A stretch of 64,000 nt of DNA from Candidatus Zixiibacteriota bacterium (GCA_003599535.1 QZKQ01000083.1:14584-78583); one strand, 5' to 3'. Positions 21,233 to 31,359 are shown, counted from the first letter of the stretch. Notes: generated from the letters alone by a model not told the origin. Translations and numbers: made by a program.

Positions 21233-21680
21233 TTCCCAGGATCTCCCCGCCGGTAATGAGCATGAGCAGGAGGCGCACCGCGGAGGCGGCGATGATGACG
21301 CCGGCGATGGTGCGGAACAGCCCCTGGCGTTCCATCCAGTTGGCGATCAGGCCGGGGATGATGAAGCCGATGGCCTGGAGACGGATGTCCACGTCGAAGA
21401 AGTGGTGCAGGGTCAACTGGCGCGACAGGAAGCCCAGGATGAAGCCGATCAGGATGGCCAGCACCATGCGCCGCCGCCCGTAGATGAACATGAACTGGGA
21501 GGCGCCCCGCAGGCACAGGAACGTCAGAAAGGCGACCAGCAGGGTCCCCGCCAGCTGAAAGGGATCGTGCAACTGCAAGGCCACGTAACCGGGCACCACG
21601 ATGCCTCCCGCCGCCACCCCGAAGAATTCGGCGAACAGCAGGCTGAAGACGACGCCCAGCCCTACCGCAATTTCAACCAC
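21225..21680 (-). CDS. pgsC: Poly-gamma-glutamate biosynthesis protein PgsC/CapC
   Basis: GTG start preceded by AAGGAGAG. Sequence VVEIAVGLGVVFSLLFAEFFGVAAGGIVVPGYVAL. About 152 aa, a small polytopic membrane protein, as expected for CapC. Confidence 0.75.
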   Translation of the reverse strand: MVEIAVGLGVVFSLLFAEFFGVAAGGIVVPGYVALQLHDPFQLAGTLLVAFLTFLCLRGASQFMFIYGRRRMVLAILIGFILGFLSRQLTLHHFFDVDIRLQAIGFIIPGLIANWMERQGLFRTIAGVIIAASAVRLLLMLITGGEILGNV

Positions 21681-22869
21681 TGAGTCTCTCCTTATCCTTT
21701 TCCCGGCCGCGGTCGCGGAAGTAGTAGGCGATGCCCAATCCGCCGGCGCCCATGTTGCCGATGGCCAGGACGGTACCGCGGCCCGGGACCAAATCGAACA
21801 CCTTCCGGTACACCGCATCCTTGGTGGTCAGACCCATTTCCACCACCTTCTGCGGATCAATGGCATAGCGGCGGTAGTACTGCGACAGCATGTGGGTCTT
21901 CTCCCCCACGGATATCAGGTAATCGAACTTCATCCCCCCGCCGATCATCTCCAGGAGTTGCAGGGAACGGTCGAAACGGTCGGCCCGGGTGTTCAGCAGG
22001 AGCAGCACGGTGCCCGGATCGGGATAGATGCTGTTCACCTTGCGCCAGATGGTCAGGGTGGATTCCGGGTCGTTGGCCGCCAGGGCATTGATGAAGCGGA
22101 CTTCCTTGCCTTCCTCCCGGGCCAGGTACAGGCGCAGCGCCCCGGCATCGGGATGGGAGGCGTACATCCCCTGCAACGCCTTGTCTTCGGGGATCCCCAG
22201 GTGCCGGGCCACGGCCAGGGCCAGAGCCACGTTCTCGCGGTGTTCCACGTGATCGAAGTGCTCCATGGCCTCTTCCGGCACAGTCTCTTCGGCGACTTGG
22301 AGCAGAGTGGTGCCCTGGCGGTCGGCGATGGACTTCATCAGGGGGAACATTTTCCTCTCGGCGGTAATGGCGATGCCGCCGGTGGGGAGGGTGTTGCACA
22401 GGGAACGGGTGATGTTTTCCAGGGACGGGCCCATCTCGAGCAGGTGATCGGGACGGGAATTGGTGATCACTCCGATGGTGGCGCGCACCATCTTGTGTTC
22501 GCAGATCCACTGGTATTCGGGCATTACCGCCATGCACTCCATTATCATGGCATCCGGCTTGCGCCGGGTCATGTAACGCAAGATCTTGATCTGTTCGATG
22601 ATGTTGGATCCGTGGGGGCGCAGGATGGGGATTTCCAGGCCCTTGTCGTCAATGATGCGGGGCAGGGTGCCGGTCACCTTGGCGAAGGTCCTGTAGCCTC
22701 CGGCGCGCAGGGTGGCGGCGATCAGGCGGGTCACAGAGGACTTCCCCCGGGTGCCGTTGACGTGCACCCGGATGGGGATGGACAGCAGACGGCGTTGATG
22801 GGAGCGGAACTCCCACACTCCGTAAGCCATGAGCAGCAGGGTCAGGATGAGGATGACGATCATCAGCAA
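21673..22869 (-). CDS. pgsB: Poly-gamma-glutamate synthase PgsB/CapB (Mur-ligase-like amide ligase)
   Basis: N-terminal TM, then VHVNGTRGKSSVTRLIAA P-loop. Mur-ligase-like fold, about 398 aa. Confidence 0.8.
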   Translation of the reverse strand: MLMIVILILTLLLMAYGVWEFRSHQRRLLSIPIRVHVNGTRGKSSVTRLIAATLRAGGYRTFAKVTGTLPRIIDDKGLEIPILRPHGSNIIEQIKILRYMTRRKPDAMIMECMAVMPEYQWICEHKMVRATIGVITNSRPDHLLEMGPSLENITRSLCNTLPTGGIAITAERKMFPLMKSIADRQGTTLLQVAEETVPEEAMEHFDHVEHRENVALALAVARHLGIPEDKALQGMYASHPDAGALRLYLAREEGKEVRFINALAANDPESTLTIWRKVNSIYPDPGTVLLLLNTRADRFDRSLQLLEMIGGGMKFDYLISVGEKTHMLSQYYRRYAIDPQKVVEMGLTTKDAVYRKVFDLVPGRGTVLAIGNMGAGGLGIAYYFRDRGREKDKERLSG

Positions 22870-23037
22870 CGCACCTGGAGAACTTTGCTGGGTACAGGCA
22901 AGCCCTGCACCCGCGGCGCAAAAAATTCATCGCACCCGTCGCGCGCCATGCGTTATTTTTCCTTAAAATACGCAGAGAACGCGCAATGCCGGCCATAAGT
23001 GTATGCAAATGATATACCTACTGTTGATCAATAGATT

Positions 23038-24000
23038 TCAGGCGCCCCGGCGGCCCAAAGCCGGCGGGACGGCGGCGGGATCCAGGGCCGATTTCAGGGC
23101 TTCCACCGCCACTTCGCGCTGGCTGTCATCGGGCGGCCGGGTGGTCAGGCGCTGCAGTGCCAGGCCGGGGCTGATCAACACGCGGAAAACGGCGCGGTCG
23201 CTGAAACGGTCGGAAAAACGGAGGAACTCGTAGGATACCCCCGCCACCAGGGGAAGGAACGGCAGGTGCACCAGGAGGCGCACCAGGGCATTGGGATAGG
23301 CGCCCCACAGGGTCGTGACCAGGACGTCGAAGAGAACGAAGACGGCCATAACCACCAGGGCGACGATGAGCAGGAAACTGGTGCCGCAGCGGGGATGAAA
23401 CCGGGACTGCCGCCGCACCGCTTCGGGATCCAGCCCTTCACCCTTTTCATAGCTGAAAATGGACTGATGCTCGGCGCCGTGGTATTCGAACAGGCGGCGC
23501 ACATCCTTCAGGCGGGAAATGAGGGCCAGGTACACCAGAAAGAAGGTGATGCGGGCCGATCCGGCCACCAGGTGGAACAGCGCCTGGTTGCGCTGCGCCT
23601 GAGCCCATTCGGCCAACTGGTAGGGAAGCCACATGAACAGCCCCAGGGCCAACAGCACGGCCACGGCCATGGAGGCGGCCAGGCCCAGGGCGTCCCGCTT
23701 GCGGGCTTGGGTCGACGCCTCCGCGCCGCGTTCCGCTTCCATGGCCACTTCCGCCGACCAGTTCAGAGTACGCAGCCCCAGGACCAGGGCTTCGGCCATG
23801 GATACGGCGCCCCGCACCAGCGGCCATCCCAGCAGGCGGTGGCGGCGAAACCAGGCCCGGCTCTCCCAGATCTTGCGGACGATTTCCCCGTTGGGCAGGC
23901 GCACGGCGGCGCTCAGGCGATCCGGACTGCGCATCATGACGCCTTCGATGATCGCCTGGCCGCCGACGCGCGGAGGCCCCTTGTGGCCGTTTTCCGGCAC
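23038..24000 (-). CDS. DUF1385 domain protein
   Basis: N-terminus GGQAIIEGVMMRSPD. Frequently the conserved neighbour of rpmE. Confidence 0.6.
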   Translation of the reverse strand: MPENGHKGPPRVGGQAIIEGVMMRSPDRLSAAVRLPNGEIVRKIWESRAWFRRHRLLGWPLVRGAVSMAEALVLGLRTLNWSAEVAMEAERGAEASTQARKRDALGLAASMAVAVLLALGLFMWLPYQLAEWAQAQRNQALFHLVAGSARITFFLVYLALISRLKDVRRLFEYHGAEHQSIFSYEKGEGLDPEAVRRQSRFHPRCGTSFLLIVALVVMAVFVLFDVLVTTLWGAYPNALVRLLVHLPFLPLVAGVSYEFLRFSDRFSDRAVFRVLISPGLALQRLTTRPPDDSQREVAVEALKSALDPAAVPPALGRRGA

Positions 24001-24002
24001 GT

Positions 24003-24215
24003 TTACTCGCCCTTCTTTTCCAGCCCGTACTTACGCATGAACTTGTCCACGCGCCCGGCAGTGTCAATCAGCTTCTGACGGCCGGTGAAGAAGGGGTGGC
24101 AGTTGGAGCAAATATCAATGCGCATGTCGCCCACGGTCGAGCGGGTGACGAACTCGTTCCCGCACGCGCAGTGCACCCGGGTCATGACGTAGCGCGGATG
24201 AATCTCTTTTTTCAC
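24003..24215 (-). CDS. rpmE: 50S ribosomal protein L31
   Basis: N-terminus [22 protein letters not shown], with CxxC...C..H zinc ribbon. Confidence 0.9.
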   Translation of the reverse strand: MKKEIHPRYVMTRVHCACGNEFVTRSTVGDMRIDICSNCHPFFTGRQKLIDTAGRVDKFMRKYGLEKKGE

Positions 24216-24532
24216 GGTGTCTCCTTGCGGTTCAATTCTGGCTTAACTTGGTTAATATAAACAAATTTCGGCGGTTTCACAAGCAAATTCGCGCCCGGAG
24301 TTCATACGGAGTGGGGTTCATGGTGATTCGTATGGTTGAACTCCGCCCGGTTCCGCTGTGACGCCGGTCCGGCGAAAAATCAAAGGGAATCGGTGCCCGG
24401 CTGTTGACTTTGAAGGAAAAATATATTACATTATTTATCTGTAACGTGGGCTTCGCGTTTCGACCAAGCGTAACTTTACCAGGACACCATCCGGATGACT
24501 TCCCCTTCCATCACCTTCTATAAGGAGGCAGC

Positions 24533-25639
24533 ATGCAGCGTTTCATTACGGTTTTGTCCCTACTGCTGGTGACGGCCCTGGGCGCCCAGGGGCAGATCGT
24601 CATCACCCTGGACGAGGTGCCGTCCGCTCCGGGGACGGAATTCCGGTACTACGCCCAGGCGGGGGATTCCTTCCAGGTGAATATCGGCAATCCGGGCGGC
24701 CCACAGGTGTGGGACTTCTCCCAGGGGGACACGGCGAGCATCGTTTCCGACCTGTACCTGGACCCCGCCCAGTCGCCGCCGCAATACTCCCGCGCCAACG
24801 TGGTGATCCAGACCAGCCAGTTGAACCTGTTCGGCATCTCCGAACCCGGCCTCCTCTACAACCGGCTGGCGCCCCGCGGCTTCATCCTGGGTGCCGCCAC
24901 CACCAGCTACCAGGGGACCGCCCTGGCCATTAACTTCATGCCCTATGTGACCCAGTATCCTTTACCCCTGGTGATGGGCACGCCCTGGACCAACACGGTG
25001 GCCATTGACCAGGTGTTCAACGTCTCGGGCAGCGAATACCGGTTGGTGCTGAACGCCACCCTGAACCACCAGGTGGACGCCTGGGGTACGGTGCACGTGC
25101 CGCTGGGCAGTTACGACGCCCTGCGCATGCGCACCAACGTGACCTACAACATGACCCTCTACATCCGCATCTTCTTCGTGTGGGTGCCCATCTCCCAGCA
25201 GTCCGGAAACAGCTTCAATTACGACTGGCGGGCGGAGAACGTGGGGTCGGTATTAAACGTCAACAGCAACCAGCCGGATCCCGGGGTGATCTGGGCCACC
25301 AAGCTCAGCCGGCTGATGGGATCCACCCCCGCGGAAGCGGCCTCCCCGGCCCCGGCGTCGGCGGTCTCCCTGCCGCAGCAGCCGGATCTGCTGGAAAATT
25401 ACCCCAATCCCTTCAACGCCCAAACGACGCTCGCCTTCACGTTGTCCCAGGCGCAGAACGTGGACCTGCGGGTATTCGACATGCTGGGCCGCCCGGTGGC
25501 AGTGCTGGCGCAGGGGGTGCTGGAGGCCGGCGAACACCGGCTCGCCTGGGCTCCGGAACAGTTGGCCGGGGGAGTCTACGTGGCTCGGCTGGCCACCGGC
25601 GGGCAGGTTTCCCACCACCTGATGGTGTATCTGAAATAG
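24533..25639 (+). CDS. Secreted protein with T9SS C-terminal sorting domain
   Basis: Signal peptide. The C-terminus (LLENYPNPFNAQTTLAFTLSQAQNVDLRVFDMLGRPVAVL...GVYVARLATGGQVSHHLMVYLK) is a canonical type-A Por secretion tail. Confidence 0.75.
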   Translation: MQRFITVLSLLLVTALGAQGQIVITLDEVPSAPGTEFRYYAQAGDSFQVNIGNPGGPQVWDFSQGDTASIVSDLYLDPAQSPPQYSRANVVIQTSQLNLFGISEPGLLYNRLAPRGFILGAATTSYQGTALAINFMPYVTQYPLPLVMGTPWTNTVAIDQVFNVSGSEYRLVLNATLNHQVDAWGTVHVPLGSYDALRMRTNVTYNMTLYIRIFFVWVPISQQSGNSFNYDWRAENVGSVLNVNSNQPDPGVIWATKLSRLMGSTPAEAASPAPASAVSLPQQPDLLENYPNPFNAQTTLAFTLSQAQNVDLRVFDMLGRPVAVLAQGVLEAGEHRLAWAPEQLAGGVYVARLATGGQVSHHLMVYLK

Positions 25640-25913
25640 CGTCACGCTGAACGCTGTACACGCCGAGAGGCCGTCCCCGGGGACGGCCTCTTTAATTATG
25701 TGATGACACCGGGCTTCAGATCCACTTCCCGCCAATTTTCCTTTTCCTTCCTCCCTTTTCCCCTCTTAAGAAATCTTTCACATCCCCCTTGTTCTTACCC
25801 TGGGCCGGGATTATATTATCCCGAACCCCTTCAAGCAGGCGTCAACAGCGCAGCTTCATGGTGGACGTCCTGCGTATCATAGCAGATCTACCCAGAGAAA
25901 GGACGTTTAACCC

Positions 25914-27104
25914 ATGAAGCTTCGCCTCGCCGCCCCGATCGGGCTGGCCCTCGCTGCGCTCCCCATCCTGGCCCATGCCTCCGAAGCTGTTTCCGCTGAA
26001 CAGATCGTGGACGTGGAGAAGTACGGCCGCGCCATCCACATCATGGTCATGCTGCTGGCCGGTTTCGGCTTTCTGATGGTCTTCGTCAAGCGCTACGGCC
26101 GTTCCGCTTTGACCGCCACCTACCTGCTGGTCAGCCTCGCCTTACCCCTCTACTTCCTGAAAGACAAGCTTGCCCTCATGGGCGGATCAGGATCCGATAT
26201 AGACGGCCTGATTCTGGCGGAATTCGCCGCCGCCAGCCTGTTGATCTGTGCCGGGGCTGTCCTGGGCCGGATCAAGATGGGACAGTACCTGGTCCTGGGC
26301 CTGCTCTTCATCCCCTGTTATGCCCTGAATGAATGGATCCTGCAGGGCGGCGGCCTGGGATTGATCCCCGCCGGCGCCTTCCTGGACACCGGCGGCTCTA
26401 TCCTGATCCATGCCTTCGGAGCGCTGTTCGGGCTGGCCGCCATCTTTTCCCTGACCACCCGCCGCGAGTATGAAACTGAAATCCCCGCCGACGCTACCAG
26501 CGACCGCTTCTCCATGGCCGGCTCCATGCTGCTGTGGATTTTCTGGCCCAGTTTCTGCGCCGCGCTGGTGCCGACCGGCGACGTGCCCTCCACCGCCGTG
26601 AACGTGATCCTGGCGCTGTGCGGTTCCACCCTGGCGACCTACTTCGCCTCGGTTGGCCTGCGCCGGAAGATCGCCATTGCCGACATCGCCAACGCGGCGT
26701 TGGCCGGGGGCGTGGCCATCGGGTCGGCCTGCGCGAGAACCGGCCCCGGCGCCAGCTTCTTGATCGGGATTCTGGCCGGAGCGCTGTCCACCTTCGGCTT
26801 CGCGGTGATTCAGCCCAGGCTGCAGGCGGCCTTCAAGAAGGTGGATACCTGCGGCGTGCTCTACCTGCACGGGCTGCCCGGCCTGCTGGGCGGGATCGCG
26901 GTGCTGTTCGCCGTGGATGGCCTGGACGCGGGCGTGCAATTCACCGGGATCGCGGTCATGGTCGTGATCGCACTGGCGGGCGGCTTTGTGGTGGGGAAGA
27001 TCGTCTCCGCCCTGGGCCGGCGGGAGTATGCCTACGAGGACGGCGAGGAGTTCCTCGTGGAGCCGTCGGAAGTGCCCGGTAAGGGAAAGAAGGCGGCGGC
27101 GTAA
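25914..27104 (+). CDS. amt: Ammonium transporter (Amt/Rh family)
   Basis: Signal peptide plus 11 or more TM helices. Amt-like motifs: DFAGG-like region, twin-His region. Confidence 0.7.
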   Translation: MKLRLAAPIGLALAALPILAHASEAVSAEQIVDVEKYGRAIHIMVMLLAGFGFLMVFVKRYGRSALTATYLLVSLALPLYFLKDKLALMGGSGSDIDGLILAEFAAASLLICAGAVLGRIKMGQYLVLGLLFIPCYALNEWILQGGGLGLIPAGAFLDTGGSILIHAFGALFGLAAIFSLTTRREYETEIPADATSDRFSMAGSMLLWIFWPSFCAALVPTGDVPSTAVNVILALCGSTLATYFASVGLRRKIAIADIANAALAGGVAIGSACARTGPGASFLIGILAGALSTFGFAVIQPRLQAAFKKVDTCGVLYLHGLPGLLGGIAVLFAVDGLDAGVQFTGIAVMVVIALAGGFVVGKIVSALGRREYAYEDGEEFLVEPSEVPGKGKKAAA

Positions 27105-27325
27105 GGTTTTGCGGAATATACCTGGGACAGGCCGGATTCGTGATGATCCGGCCTGTGGTGTTTTAAGGGGGGATGGCCCGGCCAGCCATTGCCGGGCCAC
27201 CAACCGACACAAAAGGGTGAACAACAGCGAACAGAACACCCTTATTATCGGTCATTCGTCATTCGTCATTTCCCGGATCCCTCCCCCCCTCTTCCCCGTT
27301 TAATCATAAATCCCCCCTAATACGC

Positions 27326-27354
27326 TTGACTTTGGGCCGCTGAATCGTTATCTT
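27326..27354 (+). promoter_or_regulatory. Sigma-70-like promoter upstream of the pcd-like ALDH gene
   Basis: TTGACT (27326-31), 17-nt spacer, TATCTT (27349-54). About 85 nt upstream of ATG 27441, which has an AGAGGAG RBS. Confidence 0.4.
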
Positions 27355-27440
27355 AAAGATTGGGCCGGAAAAGCCCCTCTTTTACGCCTGCGACAGGCCC
27401 CGACCGACGACCCGCACTTTACCACCAAGAGGAGTGTTGT

Positions 27441-28934
27441 ATGAGCCGCGAATATAAGAACTTCATCGCCGGAGAATGGGTGGATGCCGCTTCCGGCGAG
27501 CGCGTTGAAAACCGCAATCCCGCCGACCGCGACGACCTGATCGGCACTTTCCCCAAATCCGGCGAGGCCGAGGTCAACGCCGCCGTGGCCGCCGCCCGGG
27601 AAGCCTACAAGAAGTGGCGCCTGGTGCCGGCCCCCATCCGCGGCGAGATCTTGAAGAAGGTGGGCGACATCATGACCGCCCACAAAGAGGATATCGCCCG
27701 CGTCATGACCCGGGAAATGGGCAAGGTCCTGAAGGAGACCCGGGGCGACACCCAGGAAGGCATTGACACTGCCTACTACGCCGCCTCCGAAACCCGCCGG
27801 CTGTTCAGCCACACGACGCCGTCGGAACTGCCCAACAAGATGAATATCAGCTTCCGCATGCCCATCGGCGTGGCCGGGATCATCACCCCCTGGAACTTCC
27901 CCATGGCCATCCCCACGTGGAAGATCTTCCCCGCGCTGGCCTGCGGCAATACGGTGGTGTTCAAGCCGGCCTCGGACACTCCCGCTACCGCCACCACCCT
28001 GGTGGAAATCCTGGCCGAAGCGGGCGTGCCGGAGGGCGTGGTCAATATCGTGCACGGGTCGGGATCCAAGGTGGGGACGCCGCTGGTGGCGCACCCCGGC
28101 GTGAACGTCATCTCCTTTACCGGGTCGTCCGAGGCGGGCAAGCAGATTTATTCCCTGGCGGGGTCCAAGCTGAAGCGGGTGTCCCTGGAGTTGGGCGGCA
28201 AGAACGCGGTCATCGTCATGCCCGACGCCGACCTTGACCTGGCCCTGGAAGGGGTGCTGTGGGGCGCCTTCGGAACCACCGGGCAGCGTTGCACCGCCAC
28301 TTCCCGGCTGATCCTGCACGAGGCCGTGCACGACAAATTCGTGGCCATGCTGGTGGAACGCGCCAACCGCCTGAAAGTGGGCAACGGCCTGGACGAGAGC
28401 GTGGAGATGGGTCCCTGCGTCAACCAGGGCCAGTTGAACGTGGTCGAGGAGTACGTACAGATCGGCAAGGGCGAAGGCGCCCAACTGGTGGCGGGCGGGT
28501 CCCGGCTGACCGGCGGCGCATACGACAAGGGCACCTTCCACCAAGCCACCATCTTCACCGGAGTGAAGCCGGGGATGCGCCTGGAGCAGGAAGAGATCTT
28601 CGGGCCGGTGTTGTCGGTCATCAAGGTGCAGAGCTTCGACGAGGCCGTCACCGTGCTGAACGACACGGCCTATGGGCTGTCCAGCTCGATCTACACCCGC
28701 GACGTGAACCTGGCTTTCAAGGCGGTGCGCGACATCGAATGCGGCATCACCTACGTCAACGGCCCGACCATCGGCGCGGAAGCCCACATGCCCTTCGGCG
28801 GCATGAAGGAGACCGGCAACGGCCACCGCGAAGGCGGCTGGCAGGTGTACGAGTTCTTCAGCGAAACCAAGACCGTGTACGTGGACTTTTCCGGCAAGCT
28901 GCAGAAGGCCCAGATTGACACGGAACAGGTGTGA
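27441..28934 (+). CDS. pcd: Aldehyde dehydrogenase, probably piperideine-6-carboxylate / alpha-aminoadipic-semialdehyde dehydrogenase
   Basis: ALDH superfamily: FTGS..G, catalytic-Cys region GQRCTA, ELGGKN. Start at [15 protein letters not shown] with RBS. Paired with lat immediately downstream. Confidence 0.6.
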   Translation: MSREYKNFIAGEWVDAASGERVENRNPADRDDLIGTFPKSGEAEVNAAVAAAREAYKKWRLVPAPIRGEILKKVGDIMTAHKEDIARVMTREMGKVLKETRGDTQEGIDTAYYAASETRRLFSHTTPSELPNKMNISFRMPIGVAGIITPWNFPMAIPTWKIFPALACGNTVVFKPASDTPATATTLVEILAEAGVPEGVVNIVHGSGSKVGTPLVAHPGVNVISFTGSSEAGKQIYSLAGSKLKRVSLELGGKNAVIVMPDADLDLALEGVLWGAFGTTGQRCTATSRLILHEAVHDKFVAMLVERANRLKVGNGLDESVEMGPCVNQGQLNVVEEYVQIGKGEGAQLVAGGSRLTGGAYDKGTFHQATIFTGVKPGMRLEQEEIFGPVLSVIKVQSFDEAVTVLNDTAYGLSSSIYTRDVNLAFKAVRDIECGITYVNGPTIGAEAHMPFGGMKETGNGHREGGWQVYEFFSETKTVYVDFSGKLQKAQIDTEQV

Positions 28935-29131
28935 AACGTGCCCACGTGACCACGTAACCACGTAACCACGTAACACGTAATATGGAAGCGTGAAATACGG
29001 ATGGATCCATGTCCAAACTGCTGCGCCGCATGCTCCTGAAAATCTACGTGGTCGGGTTTACACAACGAGACCGCGACTGACTGCCGATAAACCGTAATCG
29101 TTGACTTTATAACCCATCACGAGGAGAGAGC

Positions 29132-30472
29132 ATGAGTTGCCATAACCAACTGAAATACTGCATCGAGCCTCAGGACGTGCATTCCACCATCGGGAAATAC
29201 ATGCTGGCCGACGGCTTCGACATGGTCTTCGACCTGCGCAAGTCGCACGACGTCTACTGCCATGACAGCAAGACGGGCAAAGAGTACCTGGACATGTTCA
29301 CCTTCTTCGCCAGCGCCCCCATCGGCTACAACCATCCCCAGATGGTGACGCCGGAGATGATCAAGTTCCTGGGCGAGGTGGCGGTCAACAACATCACCAA
29401 TTCCGATCTCTATTCCACGGAAATGGCCTCCTTCGTGGAGACCTTCTTCCAGTTGGCCGTGCCGCCGGGGTTCAAGTACGCCTTCTTCGTGGCCGGCGGA
29501 GCGCTGGGCATCGAGAACGCCCTGAAGGCCTCCTTCGACTGGAAGGTGCGCAAGAACTTCGCCAAGGGCTACCGCCGCGAAGTGGGCGGCAAGGTTATCA
29601 GCTTCGAGCATGCCTTCCACGGCCGCACCGGCTATACCCTGTCCGTCACCCGCACCGACCCCACCAAGTACCAGTATTACCCCATGTTCAACTGGCCCAA
29701 GGCGGCCAGCCCGGCCCTTAACTTTCCCTTGAACGACGTCAACCTGTCCGACGTCAAGGCGCGCGAGGCTCTGGCCCTGAACCAGGTCAAAATGGCCTTT
29801 AAGGAAAATCCTGACGACGTCGCCGCCATTCTGATCGAGACCATCCAGGGCGAAGGCGGCGACCGCCACTTCCGCCCGGAATTCTTCCAGGCGCTGCGCC
29901 AACTGGCCGACGAGAACGAGGCCATGCTGATCTTCGACGAAGTGCAGACGGGCATGGGCCTGACCGGCAAGATGTGGGCCTTCGAGCACATGGGCGTGCA
30001 ACCGGACATGTTCTGCATCGGCAAGAAGTCGCAGGTGTGCGGCTTCGTCAGCAACGGGCGCATTGACGCGGTGCCGGAAAATGTCTTCCACGTCTCTTCC
30101 CGCATCAATTCCACCTGGGGCGGCAACGTCATCGACATGGTGCGCGTGGCCAAGTACCTGGAGATCATGGACGAAGAGCACCTGCTGGACAACGCCTCCC
30201 GCATGGGCCAGGTGCTGCTGACCGGCCTGCAGGGGCTGGCCGAGGAATTCCCCCACCTGATTTCCAACGCCCGAGGGCGCGGCCTGATGTGCGCCTTCGA
30301 CCTGCCGCACACCGCCGCCCGCAACGTCTTCCGCCAGAAGCTCTACGACAACGGCCTGGCCATCCTGGGCTGCGGCGACCGCACCATCCGCTTCCGCCCG
30401 CCGCTGGTGGTCAAGGAAGAGCACATCAACATCTGCCTGGAAACCATCCGCAAGGTGGCCCAGGGGATGTAA
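29132..30472 (+). CDS. lat: L-lysine 6-transaminase (class III aminotransferase)
   Basis: Blocks shared with characterised LATs: YLDMFTF, ALKASFDWK, GEGGDRHFRPEFF, LIFDEVQTG, NSTWGGN, RGRGLMCAF, RFRPPL. Confidence 0.85.
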   Translation: MSCHNQLKYCIEPQDVHSTIGKYMLADGFDMVFDLRKSHDVYCHDSKTGKEYLDMFTFFASAPIGYNHPQMVTPEMIKFLGEVAVNNITNSDLYSTEMASFVETFFQLAVPPGFKYAFFVAGGALGIENALKASFDWKVRKNFAKGYRREVGGKVISFEHAFHGRTGYTLSVTRTDPTKYQYYPMFNWPKAASPALNFPLNDVNLSDVKAREALALNQVKMAFKENPDDVAAILIETIQGEGGDRHFRPEFFQALRQLADENEAMLIFDEVQTGMGLTGKMWAFEHMGVQPDMFCIGKKSQVCGFVSNGRIDAVPENVFHVSSRINSTWGGNVIDMVRVAKYLEIMDEEHLLDNASRMGQVLLTGLQGLAEEFPHLISNARGRGLMCAFDLPHTAARNVFRQKLYDNGLAILGCGDRTIRFRPPLVVKEEHINICLETIRKVAQGM

Positions 30473-30558
30473 AGCACCCTTAACGAGAAATCCGACGGGC
30501 GGATCGTACGATCCGCCCGTTTTTTTCCATGTGCCTGTTAACTCGTCCTGTTAGAGTG

Positions 30559-30592
30559 ATGGAAAGATGGAAAGATTAAAAGATGGAAAGAT
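30559..30592. repeat. Tandem octamer repeat (GATGGAAA)n
   Basis: gatggaaagatggaaagattaaaagatggaaagatt. Confidence 0.6.
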
Positions 30593-30594
30593 TA

Positions 30595-30629
30595 GGGCGG
30601 CGTCACCGGTGACGCCGCCCTGTGTTTTT
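30595..30629 (+). terminator. Rho-independent terminator after lat
   Basis: Perfect 26-nt palindrome GGGCGGCGTCACCGGTGACGCCGCCC followed by TGTGTTTTT. Confidence 0.75.
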
Positions 30630-31074
30630 GCTGTCCGCTGCAAGCTGTCAGCTTGTTTCTGAGGCATGAGATTGCTTCGGCCCGCCGCTTCCCAGACCAC
30701 GCGGTCGTAACTGAACCTCCGAAGATCAAGGCACGGTTGAAGGTTCGTCTCCGGCGGGCCTCGCAATGACACTGGAGGGGGCCGGGGCAAAGCACTGACA
30801 CCGCCTTTGTTTTTCGCAGCTCACAGCTGTAAGCTGTCAGCTTTTTTCTTCCGCGGCGAGCAGGTGAGTACGATTGACGACGCCCGAGAGTCCGGCGATT
30901 TAAGCGTTTTCCCCGCCTCCGATGATTTTCTTTCGCCGATGCAATTATTAATTCGAAGAAAATTTACGTAAAAAATATCAAACCACCGCCTCCGGCATCC
31001 GGAGGCGTCATTCCCGCCCTTCCAGAGCCCTTTCCGGCCGAGGGGACGGCGTAACCTCAAGGGGGAGATGCGCT

Positions 31075-31359
31075 ATGGCTGGGGAATCGAAGACCACCAC
31101 CGATCACAAGACCATCCGCAAGTGGATCGAGGAGCGTGAAGGCCGGCCGGCCACGGTAAAGCGCACCGGCGACAAGGAAGATCCCGGCATCCTGCGGGTG
31201 GATTTCCCGGGGTATGGCGACAGCACCAGCCTGGAACCCATTTCCTGGGAAGAATTCTTCCAGAAATTCGATGAGAAGAAGCTGGCCTTCCTGTACCAGG
31301 AAACGACCAAGGAAGGGAAGACCAGCCGGTTCTTCAAATTCGTCAATCGCCAGACCTGA
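31075..31359 (+). CDS. Hypothetical small protein (94 aa)
   Basis: AT-richer ORF with an RBS-like GGGGGAG upstream. No family confidently recognised. Confidence 0.4.
   Translation: MAGESKTTTDHKTIRKWIEEREGRPATVKRTGDKEDPGILRVDFPGYGDSTSLEPISWEEFFQKFDEKKLAFLYQETTKEGKTSRFFKFVNRQT

Noticed and set aside
21601-22998. 465-aa plus-strand ORF.
   Set aside because: Antisense to pgsB.
22870-23037. Attempted sigma-70 promoter call upstream of pgsB.
   Set aside because: Candidate hexamers had non-canonical spacing, so no confident call.
27348-30424. Minus-strand ORFs 27348..28976 and 29117..30424.
   Set aside because: Antisense to the pcd-like ALDH and lat. No motifs.
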